From Antedon mediterranea (lineage: Eukaryota; Animalia; Echinodermata): DNA of 64,000 nt. The notes beneath the pieces were generated by a model. It was not told the origin of the DNA and searched no databases. It worked only from the letters and a program-made list of their open reading frames with translations. The stretch is taken from contig NC_092671.1 in the NCBI RefSeq assembly GCF_964355755.1, positions 11,842,001 through 11,906,000 on the forward strand, given 5' to 3'. This document shows positions 52,566 through 64,000 of the stretch, one piece after another; position 1 is the stretch's first letter, and the number at the start of each line of letters is the position of its first letter. Made by a program: the position numbers and the translations under genes.

Positions 52566-53426
52566 TGTGCGCGCCTGTGCGGATCACCTGAAAATATCCC
52601 TGTATAGGTGATTCGCCTGTTTTTGCCCGTCTCGTTTTTGTTAAATATTAAATAAAAAAAGAATTCGCTATAAACTGAAAAATGTTGGTGACGTGCATAA
52701 TCATGTCGTGATTTGAGAATTAGGTTTGGTGACAGTATAGGCATAGATATACTGTACATGTAAAACGGCCAAAAATAATTCAAATATTTTTACATCTAAA
52801 TGGTTCTCCTGATTGTAAAATGGTCTCTAAAAAGGAGTAGTTTTAAATGCTCAAATAATATGTATTTTATTAAGTGGTAGAAACGTTCACTTAATAAACA
52901 ATATTAATGCCAATCTATAATCACTCGTTGTGTAATTTATAGTTTACTTTTGGTGTACCCAGGCTTATCATATTACAATAGATGTTTACTGTTGTCCTGC
53001 ATACTGTACCTATCACATTCATCACTGATAGTAGAATGTCTACCGAAATATGTCAGTAATAGTAAAAAGTTTTTTTTCAGTTACAATTTATCTCCGAAAC
53101 TTAACTTTAATATAAAACTATCGGTCTGAAACAACGACCCTCGCGATTGGAAAAGATGTTGCAGAAAGAAAATTGTCATTGCAGTAGGCCTGGCTTTATG
53201 TCCTTACTCACATCCGCATATGGTGCGAACATTATTTTTAGATTCTTTTATTCACAATGCATTACTACAACTGACAACAGTAGTAGTGTTATCCACGGCC
53301 TATATTGTTTTGAGACTTTGTTTCTACATTGTGACTTTGCCTGCTCACATTGGGTAGGCTTATTATTTGTTAATTATGCTCATAAGTCTGTGGTGACAGA
53401 TATTTGAAACAAATATTTTATCTTAC

Positions 53427-56400
53427 CTTCACTTTTCACTGCAAGCCTAAACTCCTTAGTACATTTGTCACGATCATATCCGTCTTCCAAACAGGACAGC
53501 ATGCAGGTAGCTAAAAATCAAAATAAAACTAGTGGAAAATTAACTGGTATTAATGTAAATAAACCATCACAACACAATATTCAACATCATAACACAATAT
53601 TCAAATCTGCCTTCAAATCCTCCAAGAAAAACAAACTACAAAAGCACTTCATTGTTCTGAACTGTGTTTTAATTGTTTTCTGTTAATCTTCACTTTCATT
53701 CCAGTTTGATTGATATTTGAATTAATAAATTAAAATTAAATTTACCTTTCTCTGTACAGACATCATTACATTGGGCACGATCATCTCCAGATTTCAAACA
53801 AGCTATTACGCATTCAGCTAAAACAAAATCAAACAGATAATATAACGCATTAGAATCAGTTGTATTATAAAAGTGCAATGTATTTTAACACGTTTTCACA
53901 AACAATTGTAGCTTTAAACTTTAAAAGTATATACCTATTAGAAGCTAATTAGTCATTTTAAGTTTAGGCCTCAGATATTTAAATAGTGTATAAACAAATT
54001 ACTGTATAATCTAAAATTATTAGTTTAGGCCATGTTTTTCAAAAGTAAAATGATCAGAAAGAAAGCAATCATAAAAAGATAACAACAAGTCGTTTACCGT
54101 GGTCCTTAAATTTTGAACACTCTTTCAAGAGACCTAAAAAACTTTGAATAATTAGTAATACAAAAATCAACTTTCAAAAAAACAAACAAAAAACAAAAAC
54201 GACAAAGGAATTAAATCCAATAATACCCAACATCGGAGATATTTTGATAGATTTGAATTGAACATAAATTGTGAAAGCATTATCTTATGCTCACCTTTTG
54301 CCTTACAGTAATCATTGCATTGGGCATTATCATCTCCAGATTTTAAACCTATAAAATATTAATAATATACAGTATAGACATTTTTACCAACTCAAAAACT
54401 CTACGAAACATTTTTAAAGAATTTGATTCAACATTTTCTTGGGTTAGATGGAATTATTTTCACTGTAGGCCTATTTTAATTTGTTATGTACAGTAACATA
54501 ATATGTTTCATTCAGTTACGATGGTTCATAGCTGTCACCTTTATCTTCATTATTATTTAATATTTTTATAATTGATATAGAGGATTTATTACATTCTGCT
54601 GAAAATTAAAAAAAGATAAAAAATTGACAACATAAAATATTAATCACTTATTTTATCAGTGATACGGTGTATGCATTACAGGATAAATAAATTAGACCGT
54701 AGCCAGATATGTCGGCCCTAAACCGTCTCGGTCAAAGTCAAGTCGGCCCCGCGTCAAGTCGGCCCCGCGTCAAGTCAGCCCCGCGTCAAGTCGGCCACGC
54801 GTCAGCCCGGCCACAAGTCAACTCGCGAATAGATTTCATTGAATTATATGATTCTCACATTTTAGTATTATTTTAAACTGTTTAATTATTATAATAACGC
54901 ATTGAATCGACATTGTTAACATTTTGTTTAACTAATTTTAAGAAACTGTGTATTATATATGTAAGTTGTAATGTTCTATGCTGGACCTTTTGAAAAACAA
55001 CAATGTCCCCTTGGCGGGACAACGTTGATATTATGGAAATATGTTAATAAATAAATAAATAAATAAAATATAATACATCAAATTCATTAGCAAAAGATTC
55101 ATAAATGTTAACCATCTTTTGTATAAGGCATCAATGAGGGTAAAAGAAACACCATATCGTCGGCATAACTATAGGGTTGTTAAACATTATTGTGATCACA
55201 ATACGACTAGGATCGAATGTATTATAATAGATGAGGATTGACAGTTAGAACAGTTAGAAAAAGTAAAATAATATTGTTTAAAAATAGAAAATTTAGAAAT
55301 ATGAAAAATTGAATTATCTAGGTAAAGAAATTGAAATAGTAAAATCTCTTAAATATCTTGGAGTCATTTTCAATTGTTCAGAAAATTAGGAAAAGGCAAG
55401 CGAAAAAATAATAGGCCTACACAGGCTAAATAAATCACTTTTCTCACACAAAAATATAGTCTATCAGAAATATGGACATCTACTACCTGTGAATACTTGG
55501 AACCACTTATTTGTTATAATAAACTTAATTATACTGTATGGCAGGGGTGGCGCCAGGATCTTCCCGACGCGGGGGCTACATTCCCCGACGAGGGGCTATG
55601 CGAGCATAGTCAATAGAAATTGACTATGATGCGAGCATCACTAGGCTGGGGTCCAGGGGGCGAAGCCCCCGGAAGCAACGCGTTCTAGCGTCATTTGAGG
55701 TCTTTTTAATCAGATTTAGGGTAGCCATTTTTTCCATTTTTTATAATGCATAAATAAAATACTGCGTGTAAAAAAACGATGCGCGATGACTGTTTCAATC
55801 CATATTTTTCAATTTAAAAAATAAAAGTTCAAAGAAAAGTTAGAAAAATAGAGTTGGAGGTCCCGGAAATTGGACTTATTATACTTCAAAACATGAAACA
55901 AAATATATAAGTCCCTATCATGGTTGTGACTGAGCTAAGAAATGTTTGAAAAATAGAGATGTTAGGTCCCGGAAAATGTACTTCTTGTTCTTCGAAATAT
56001 GACCAGCTTTATTGTTGGGGCTGAGCTAAGAAAATGTTTAAAACTAGAGCTGCAGGTCTTCAAAAAATTGCAAACTTTGGAAACATCAGGCCTAGAGGCT
56101 TAAAAAACGCAAGCGTAGACCTTTTTCAGTCGGGGAAATAAGTTTATTCCTCCCAGGTGTATGCGTGCGTACCATCTGGACTTCCGAGTGGTGAGAAATT
56201 CATGACATACAGGATATTGAAAATGTAATAACTTAGCTATAATAAGATGTTGGCTAAGCGAAAAGGGCATGTTTTTTTGTTTAGTAATGGATGAAAAATT
56301 TATTTTAGGTGCCCCACGGTACAGAAGGTTACTTGTAAATTAAAAAATTGGTGAACATACGAACAATTAACATAATTCGTTTTTGCTGTAGTGTAGCGTA

Positions 56401-59400
56401 CGTCGACGCAGTACACGACGTAACCGTCGGTAAACTTCGCCTGGAAAATAACTACAGTACACATTTTGGTCCCTGGATGGAACATGATATCACGCGTCTC
56501 GACCCAACGTTGAACGATTCGTACAAAGGGATACCGCCAGACAAGTGCGTACCTAGCTATTGTTTAGTAGTAAGTTAGATCGCTGGCAATAATGAATGCA
56601 TATAAAGTGCATAATATCACTTTGACGTACTCTCACGGTCAATGAAACGTCGCGGTTTTCTAGGCGCTGAAGCTAGCTACGAAGTGAACGCGAACGCTTT
56701 TTACTATATATTATATTCCCCGACAAAAAGTACCCGTGTTCCTATCGGTAACCGTCGGTAAACTTCGCCTGGAAAATAACTACATTACACATTTTGGTCC
56801 CTGGATGAAACTTGATATCACGCGTCTTGACCCAACGTTGAACGATTCGTACAAAGGGATACCGCCAGACAAGTGCGTACCTAGCTAATGTTTAGTAGTA
56901 AGTTAGATCGCTGGCAATAATGAATGCATAAAAGTGCATAATATTAGCCCTCTGACGTACTCGCATGGTCAATGGAACGTCGTGGTTTTCTAGGCGCTGA
57001 AGCTATATGAAGTGAACGCGAACGTTTTTTACTGTATATTATATTCCCCGACAAAAAGTACCCGTGTTCCCCTGATAGAGGGGTAAAATTCTACGATGTC
57101 GAAGCATATAAAGTTGTGTTGTTGTTTCTTGTCGATGCTCTTAAACCATTCGATGACCGATGAGGTATTTTTCCATTGATTGGTGCGAAGTTTTGATGTA
57201 ATTTTGCTGTTAATACGATCGAGTATAGTTTTGCTTATCTTGCCTATCTCGGATTTGGTCGGGTTTATTAATCGGCAAGTAGGTTTGTAAGTGAAGTTCG
57301 GTTTGTGGTCTTTGAGGGTTATGAAAGCATCTTTATTTGCAGTTGTATCCACTCTGTCAGCGATGTTCAATTTTGTTGCAATACTTTTGTTTTTTCTATG
57401 AATCGTCTGTACAAGTGCAGGTTCTGCTTTCTTGTATGATTTGGTGATGTTTTCTTCTAGGAGGTTGTCATACGTCGGTGGGTCTAGTTTGTAGAAATTT
57501 GTGGTTTTGTCGGCTGCAATTAAAAGTTTGGGCTCGTTTTCAATTTTCTTGGAGTCGGATTTTAACTTGTTGAGTAGAGGGTTGTCTGCGTTTTTGAATG
57601 TTGTCGATTGTATCAGATGGAGTATGTCATCTTCAAATTAATATATATTAAGCCTATACACTTATTAATACTGTTTATTATTACTGTTCATTATTCAAAA
57701 ATGTAAACAAATTGAAATAGTTTTTAATTTTCCCCACTAATAAATTTGAATACACAACAATACCACACAAATATAAGTGTACAGTACAGTTTACCTGAGC
57801 AAACATATTCGAAGAAGGTGTTTCGTCATATTTCCATATTTTTTTAGAATGTATACAAGATGTAAAAAAATGATTATATTCTACTCAAATTATAATAAGA
57901 TTAAATTCGGTTTGTTGCGTTTGTTCACATAGGGATGGGGGAGATACTCCCGTTGTGCATCTTCATTTACAACCCCCCACCAGCGAAAGGCCGGGAGTTC
58001 TAATAGAGTACCTGTAGTAACATATTGAGGCCTACTGTTTTGTAACATAGCCCTTTGTCCACGCTTCTCTCTAAGAAGAATTTAGGGAAACATATATCAT
58101 ACTAAATGGCATCTTCTATTTACGTAAGGGAAAAATTCGGTAAATCGCGCGTTATTTCTAGAATGTTTACTCGATGGTATATAAAGTTGGTTAGAATCTA
58201 GGTACTGATTTTAACCACCTGATGTAACCCTGTTTACTAATTAAACTGAGTTAGATAGTTAGTTATTGACAATTAAAACGAATTTAGGTTCAACGATTTG
58301 CCCCAAATAGGGGTGTTTTTCGATCGTGGTATACACTGTCTAATGGATGTCCGTCTTGAAAAATACCCGCAGACAATAATTCGAGGATGCTTCGCATTTT
58401 CATATCTCCTCCTACGATAATTGTTTTTAATGGCTGGAAACCGGTTGAACAGCTCGAGTACAGCATCATAATGTTGAAGACAGGCCGATTTTCTTTAAAA
58501 AATAATATTTTGATAGATTTAATATACGTTTATACAAATGTATTGATTTGCGATGAATGGAATATTCCAGTCTCTGTTCCACAAGTGTCTATTCCCTCAG
58601 GCGTCGTAAAGGCAAGTACTGTATACTCATAACAGAAATTCGATTCATTTTTTTTTCAATCTGTGCGGTAGAGGTTGGATATAATTTTTTTTTAAACGGA
58701 TAATGAGCTAGCATTTTCAGTCGCCGTATATTATGTACAAATCTTTATTATTGCAGTTAAACCACCCCCATCATCACCCTTCCCTCACTGGCATGAGTAG
58801 CGTTGTTAAGCCAGTAGAGGATAGGCCAACGGTGCATCACATGCCCTAAACGCAGAACAACTTTGGTGGGTAGGGTAGGAACCAACTATGAATTGGCTCT
58901 AAGAAACAATTGAAAACCATTAGGCCTACTATTTAAGTTGAGTTAGATAATTTAATATTTATTGACGATTAAATCGAATTTATGATTTTCCCCGAATAGA
59001 GGTGGTTTTCACAAATTGTTTTACATTATATAAACATACACGTCGTAGTGATGTATCGTTACATGTACTGTACTATTTCAATCGACTAGGACGGTGATAG
59101 TTTCAACAAAGTATTACATCGCAATGTTTTACTGTGTTTAGTGGTATATTATTTGTAAAACATGAAAACAATTAATATTTCGTTACTAAATGGACAAAGA
59201 ATATATTTAAAAAGTGTTCCTCTTTGCACCCATCCTCTTCCCCATCCCCTTCCCCATCCCTCAGCCCTAATGTTACATACAAAACACAAATTAAGTTTGT
59301 TTAAATTTGACTTAAACAATTGGTCTCATTTTCTCAAGTTTCTCATTCGGAAGTAATTCCCAGGGTGCTAATTTTAGTTGAGTACATAAATCACAGTGTC

Positions 59401-61250
59401 TATTTATTCGTTCCTGTAAACGACATGTATTATTGTCCTGCGGTACGTACATTTGAAATCGCCAGTTTTTTAACGCTGAAATTATTATGTATTCGAGAAC
59501 CATCTGTGGGCATGACCTAGATGGTACGCGAGCGAAGCGAGTTGTTATCAATTATGCATATGCCATAATGGCTTTGATAATTATCGTAACATATTTCACT
59601 AAAAAATTAACAAGCTTCGACTTAGATTTGATTGGCTGAATCTTCGGTAACTGTTGTGAGTCGCTGATTGGCTGACGTGGCAATGTCCTTCCACTTCCGT
59701 ATTTTGAACTACCTGTACAGCGACCGTTGCTGCATCAAATCCATTATGATATCTATATATAAATTTACGTAAGGGCAAAATTCGGTAAATCGCGCCTTAC
59801 TTTTAGAATTTGTACTCGATGGTATATAAAGTTGGTTCGTACTTTCGGTATTGATTTTATCCACCTGATGTAACCCTGTTTACTAATTAAATTAAGTTAG
59901 ATAATTAGTTATTGACAATTAAAACGAATTTAGGTTCAACGATTTGCCCCAAATAGGGGTGTTTTCCGATCGTGGTATACACTGTCTAATGGATGTCCAT
60001 CTTGAAAAATACCCGCCACAAAAATGCGAGGAGGCTTCGCATTTTCCTATCTCCTCCTACGATAATTGTTTTTAATGGCTGAAAATCGGTTGAACAGCTA
60101 GAGTACAGCATCATAATGTTGCTATAAAAAATACTATTTTGATAGATTTAATATACGTTTATACAAATGTATTGATTTGCGATGAATGGAACATCCCAAT
60201 CTCTCAGTCTGCCAGAGTTTGGTTTAACACAAGTAGGTAAATTTATGAGCCCTTGGTTTAACACATGCGGTAGGTAAATATATGGGCCCTTTAAGAATAA
60301 ACTTGCAATACTTTGACAATACTGTAAATACCTATTAACTATTGTTGGTCCTCATTTGAATCGAACATTCGGGCTAACATTTCTTTCTGTGAATGTTCAT
60401 ACTGTTAGATTTAATATAAAAATATATACAAATAAACTTTATTACTGAAATTGTGGATAGGCTCTACTGTTAGATATATAAACACATTATTATATACAAA
60501 TAAACTTTATACTGACAGTTGTAATATAAAAATATATACAAATAAACTTTATTACTGAGATTGTGGTTAGGCTCTACTGTTAGATATATAAACACATTAA
60601 TTACCAATAATATAAACGTCGTAGTGGTGTATCGTTACATGTACTTTAATATTTCAATCGATTATGACAGTGACAGTTTTAACAAAGTATTAAATCGCAA
60701 ATGTTTTACTGTATTTAGAGGTATATTATTTATAGGCCTATAAAACATGAACAAAATATTTCGTTACTGAGTGGATAAAGAATATATTTAAAAATTGTTC
60801 CTCTTTGTACCTATCCGCTTTCCCATCCCTCAACCCTAATGTTACATACAAAACACAAAGTGGGTTTCTTTAAATGAGTCCAAATCAAAAAATTGGACTC
60901 ATTTTGTGATAAGTTTCTCCTTCGGAAGTAATTCCCAGGGTGCTAATTTTAGTTGACTACATAAATCATCGTGTCTATTTATTCGTTTCTGTAAACGACA
61001 ATGTATTGTAGTCCTGTGGTACGTACATTTAGTGAAATCGCCAGTTTTGTTACGCTGAAATTACTGTGTATTCGAGAACCATCTGTGGACACGACCGAGA
61101 TGGTACGCGAGCGAAGCGAGCGTACCATCTAGTATATATAATATACATTACATTAATGCATAAATTACAAATGCACATTGGCCTACCTGTTGTGTCAATG
61201 AAAGTGACAAAAAGTACTGCTAAAAATAGGACAACGTGAATGTTTTCCAT
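53427..61250 (-). CDS. Copy B of the secreted Cys-rich gene: exons 61187-61250, 54295-54348, 54098-54133, 53746-53817, 53427-53510
   Basis: Near-identical to copy A exons 1-5 with all splice sites intact; exon 4 reads LKSGDDRAQ rather than LKSGDVRAQ. Confidence 0.75.
58114..61132 (+). mobile_element. Two tandem Helitrons (about 58114-59541 and 59752-61132), duplicates of those in copy A intron 1
   Basis: Near-identical to 9962-13162 with the same flanks. Confidence 0.8.
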
Positions 61251-62839
61251 TTTCAGTATCCCGGCTTCTTCAATATTACTCTTCTAATAGTTTGCTTGCT
61301 AGACAAAAATTGCAGTTGAGAGTCTCAGCGAAGCACATCCGACAAATGCCAAATCGTTATGAAGACATCGAAAACAGGCTGTAATATTTTATCGGCCTAC
61401 TGACTGAGGGGCTGACTATTAATAAAACACCAGGAGAGTTTCTCTTCCATTCGATTGGTTAATTTCATACCACGTGCTGTTGAGTATTTTATTTACTTGG
61501 ATATACATCTTTAAGTCGGTGGAACACTTAAAATACATCCTTCAAAATAACAAATACAAAATAAAAATGGGAAAAATAATTATGGCGAAAATCAAGATAA
61601 ACAATACAGTAATAAAATGAATCAAACCATTAACCCACCCCATCCCCCATTTACAATTTAGTTAATACAGAAATATAGAAATCATTACAAAATCTGCTTG
61701 ATTTAAACTATACAAAAAGAATTGTTCAATCACAAGTAATGGCGAAGAGGAACAAGATAGACAAACATAAAATAAAATCAGATAAAATTATATTGAAATT
61801 CAATTCAAATTCAAATTTATTCACCTCCCTTATGGGAACATAGTAAAACAGCAAATTGTACAATTTTAAAAATCACATTTGATTTAAATTTCACACGGTC
61901 CAACAAAAAGAAAATCAAAAGGTTTTAAAAAATTAAATAAAGTATCAACATCATTGTGAACAATATTATTAATTCTTCGGAACGTTAGGAATGGCAAATA
62001 TATTAATCATAATTATAATCAATGTTGGTTAAATACAATATATAGAAGATTTAACCTCCGTTAAGCCAAAATGCTACTGACAGTCACAGGTTAGCCTCAC
62101 TCAGCCCGAGACAATGGAACTAATGGACTGTGGCTTGAGAATCGAAAAACATGTGCCTACTCTTTTCTTTTTCCGTTCATCAATTCTCAACCAATCACTT
62201 TAATATGTTAACAATATGTACTTTAAACATTATATTTTTATTTTATATGTGTCTTTGATTTAAATATTGGATCAACCTACCGAAAAACCGAAGACAATTT
62301 TTGAAAGTTCACCAATTCTGTTCTAGATATCGTCCACAACTCTATTCATGTTTCCAACTCAACATTTCAAAGATAGTTTGTTTTACTTGTTTACAACTGT
62401 ATATTTTTAATGTGTTGTATCGATATTTTTAATGTTTTATATATTGTATGTGTTTTTAAGCATCAAGGAAAACCAATTTCATGCTCGCCTTGTTGTGTTC
62501 ATGACAATAAAGATTTATCTTATCATATTTTATCTTAACTTGGGACATGATTTGTTGACAACCTAAAGCCCTTGGCAATCTAATTGACAATCACCTCAGG
62601 TTGCTACGGAAACTCCAATCAAAAAGCATCATACTTTTAGATCTCCAAATGGGCGGTCATAAACTGAAAACATGGATTTCCCTCATCATGTTCAAGAGGT
62701 GGCCAGCTGTATTGTTGTATTTCATTGAATAATTTATATTTCTACGATTTTCAACAACATAATAAAAATCTACATTTACATTATAACTCACATACATGCG
62801 TTTTTGTTTTTTCTGTCAGTATTGTTTATTGGCGATGTG

Positions 62840-63710
62840 TTAGTACAACTTTGCTCCCATTGCAGTGCACGGTAGTGGAGCCCTTGGATTAGCCTTGGGT
62901 GGAAGGTGCTGATGCTCAACATACTGCCATGAAGTATCTGCGTATACTTTCATGGGGAGCATCGTTGTATTAATGGTGATTTTTGTACCTATCAGTCTCT
63001 TTGGAGACTCTTCCAGGGAGTCCTGGTTGTTTTTTTTTTTTATCTCAGTTTTATGCGAGTAAGTGAACATTCTTCCTTGTTTCCTGCTCTTTGGTGGGCT
63101 GCTCTTGGCGGTGCCTTGGCACCTGCCGCGGGCTATTTTTCTCGGAGCATCCCTGTTGTGCTTACTTAGAATTGGAAAATTATTGCTATATAACTTATAT
63201 TTGCTTATGACTTTTATGTGCAGTTTTACATGGGTGAATGTTCATTTACTAATTAAACTATTTAAGCCAGAACTTATGTTGTATGCGTCTTTATTTATTA
63301 TTCTATGAGTTTGTTAATTGCCGCAGTCTCCGAGTAGCAAAAATCAAGAATTGGGTTGGAAACACAATTCTATTTTGAGAACGGAGAGGGCGGGTTTTCG
63401 ACCTCTTTGATCAAGCATCCTTTCTGTTAACACGATCACATTAAGTTGAAGACAATTTTCCCTCCCTCCCGCCCAATATTATGACACTTATGGCAATAGG
63501 GCTATTTTTCTTGGAGCATCCCTGTTGTGCTTACTTAGAATTGGAAAATTATTGCTATATAACTTATATTTGCTTATGACTTTTATGTGCAGTTTTACAT
63601 GGGTGAATGTTCATTTACTAATTAAACTATTTAAGCCAGAACTTATGTTTTATGCGTCTTTATTTATTATTCTATGAGTTTGTTAGTTGCCGCAGTCTCC
63701 GAGTAGCAAA
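62840..63710 (-). mobile_element. Decayed Penelope-like fragment with a direct duplication of about 210 bp (63130-63341 and 63498-63710)
   Basis: Broken frame resembling a PLE linker (KLYSNNFPILSKHN); duplication seen directly. Confidence 0.35.
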
Positions 63711-64000
63711 ATATGATTCTTTACTGTAAACAATTTAACGTATCGTTGCCAACTGCGTCCGCACTATTTAGATAATTCATCTATCTTTTTAAACCACCAG
63801 TCAGCCTACCAAAATGCTAATTACAAATTAGCATAACACAGCAAGTGCTATGTTTATGTCTTCCTTATATTGCCACTCATTTTGTTTCGATCATAATGAC
63901 GTGAGAGGTTGAACTGTGATGCTAGGAATTTGTGCAGTAACAATTATAAATTAGATTTAAACGAGTTAGACGAGTTATATCCGCACAATAAAGCCTGTAT

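Larger units (their letters stand above)
51660..61964 (+). repeat. Segmental duplication of 2473-13994; similarity resumes at about 63713-64000 versus 17713-18000
   Basis: Near-identical sequence including shared TE insertions and genic exons. Confidence 0.95.

Overview
AT-rich eukaryotic DNA, probably from an invertebrate (echinoderm-like, by inference), dominated by transposable elements. These include RTE-, Tx1/L1- and CR1/L2-type LINEs, a decayed DIRS/Ngaro-type element, Penelope-like fragments with a minimal hammerhead ribozyme, a solo LTR, non-autonomous Helitrons, and several DNA transposons: foldback elements with TATGG termini and 6-bp TSDs, a Chapaev-like element and a MULE-like MITE. 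A minus-strand host gene that the ORF track misses lies among them. It has a signal-peptide exon followed by symmetric phase-1 micro-exons (30-84 nt), encoding a small secreted protein with 10 Cys in CX3C motifs, a Ser/charged linker and a poly-Gly segment. The gene occurs as three related copies. A (about 700-13280) is the most complete. B (53427-61250) is a near-identical recent duplicate that lost its 3' exons at a transposon end. C (about 38000-43250) is a more diverged copy retaining only 3' exons. Exon models come from splice signals and frame continuity only, with no expression evidence, and the A/B duplication could be an uncollapsed haplotype.
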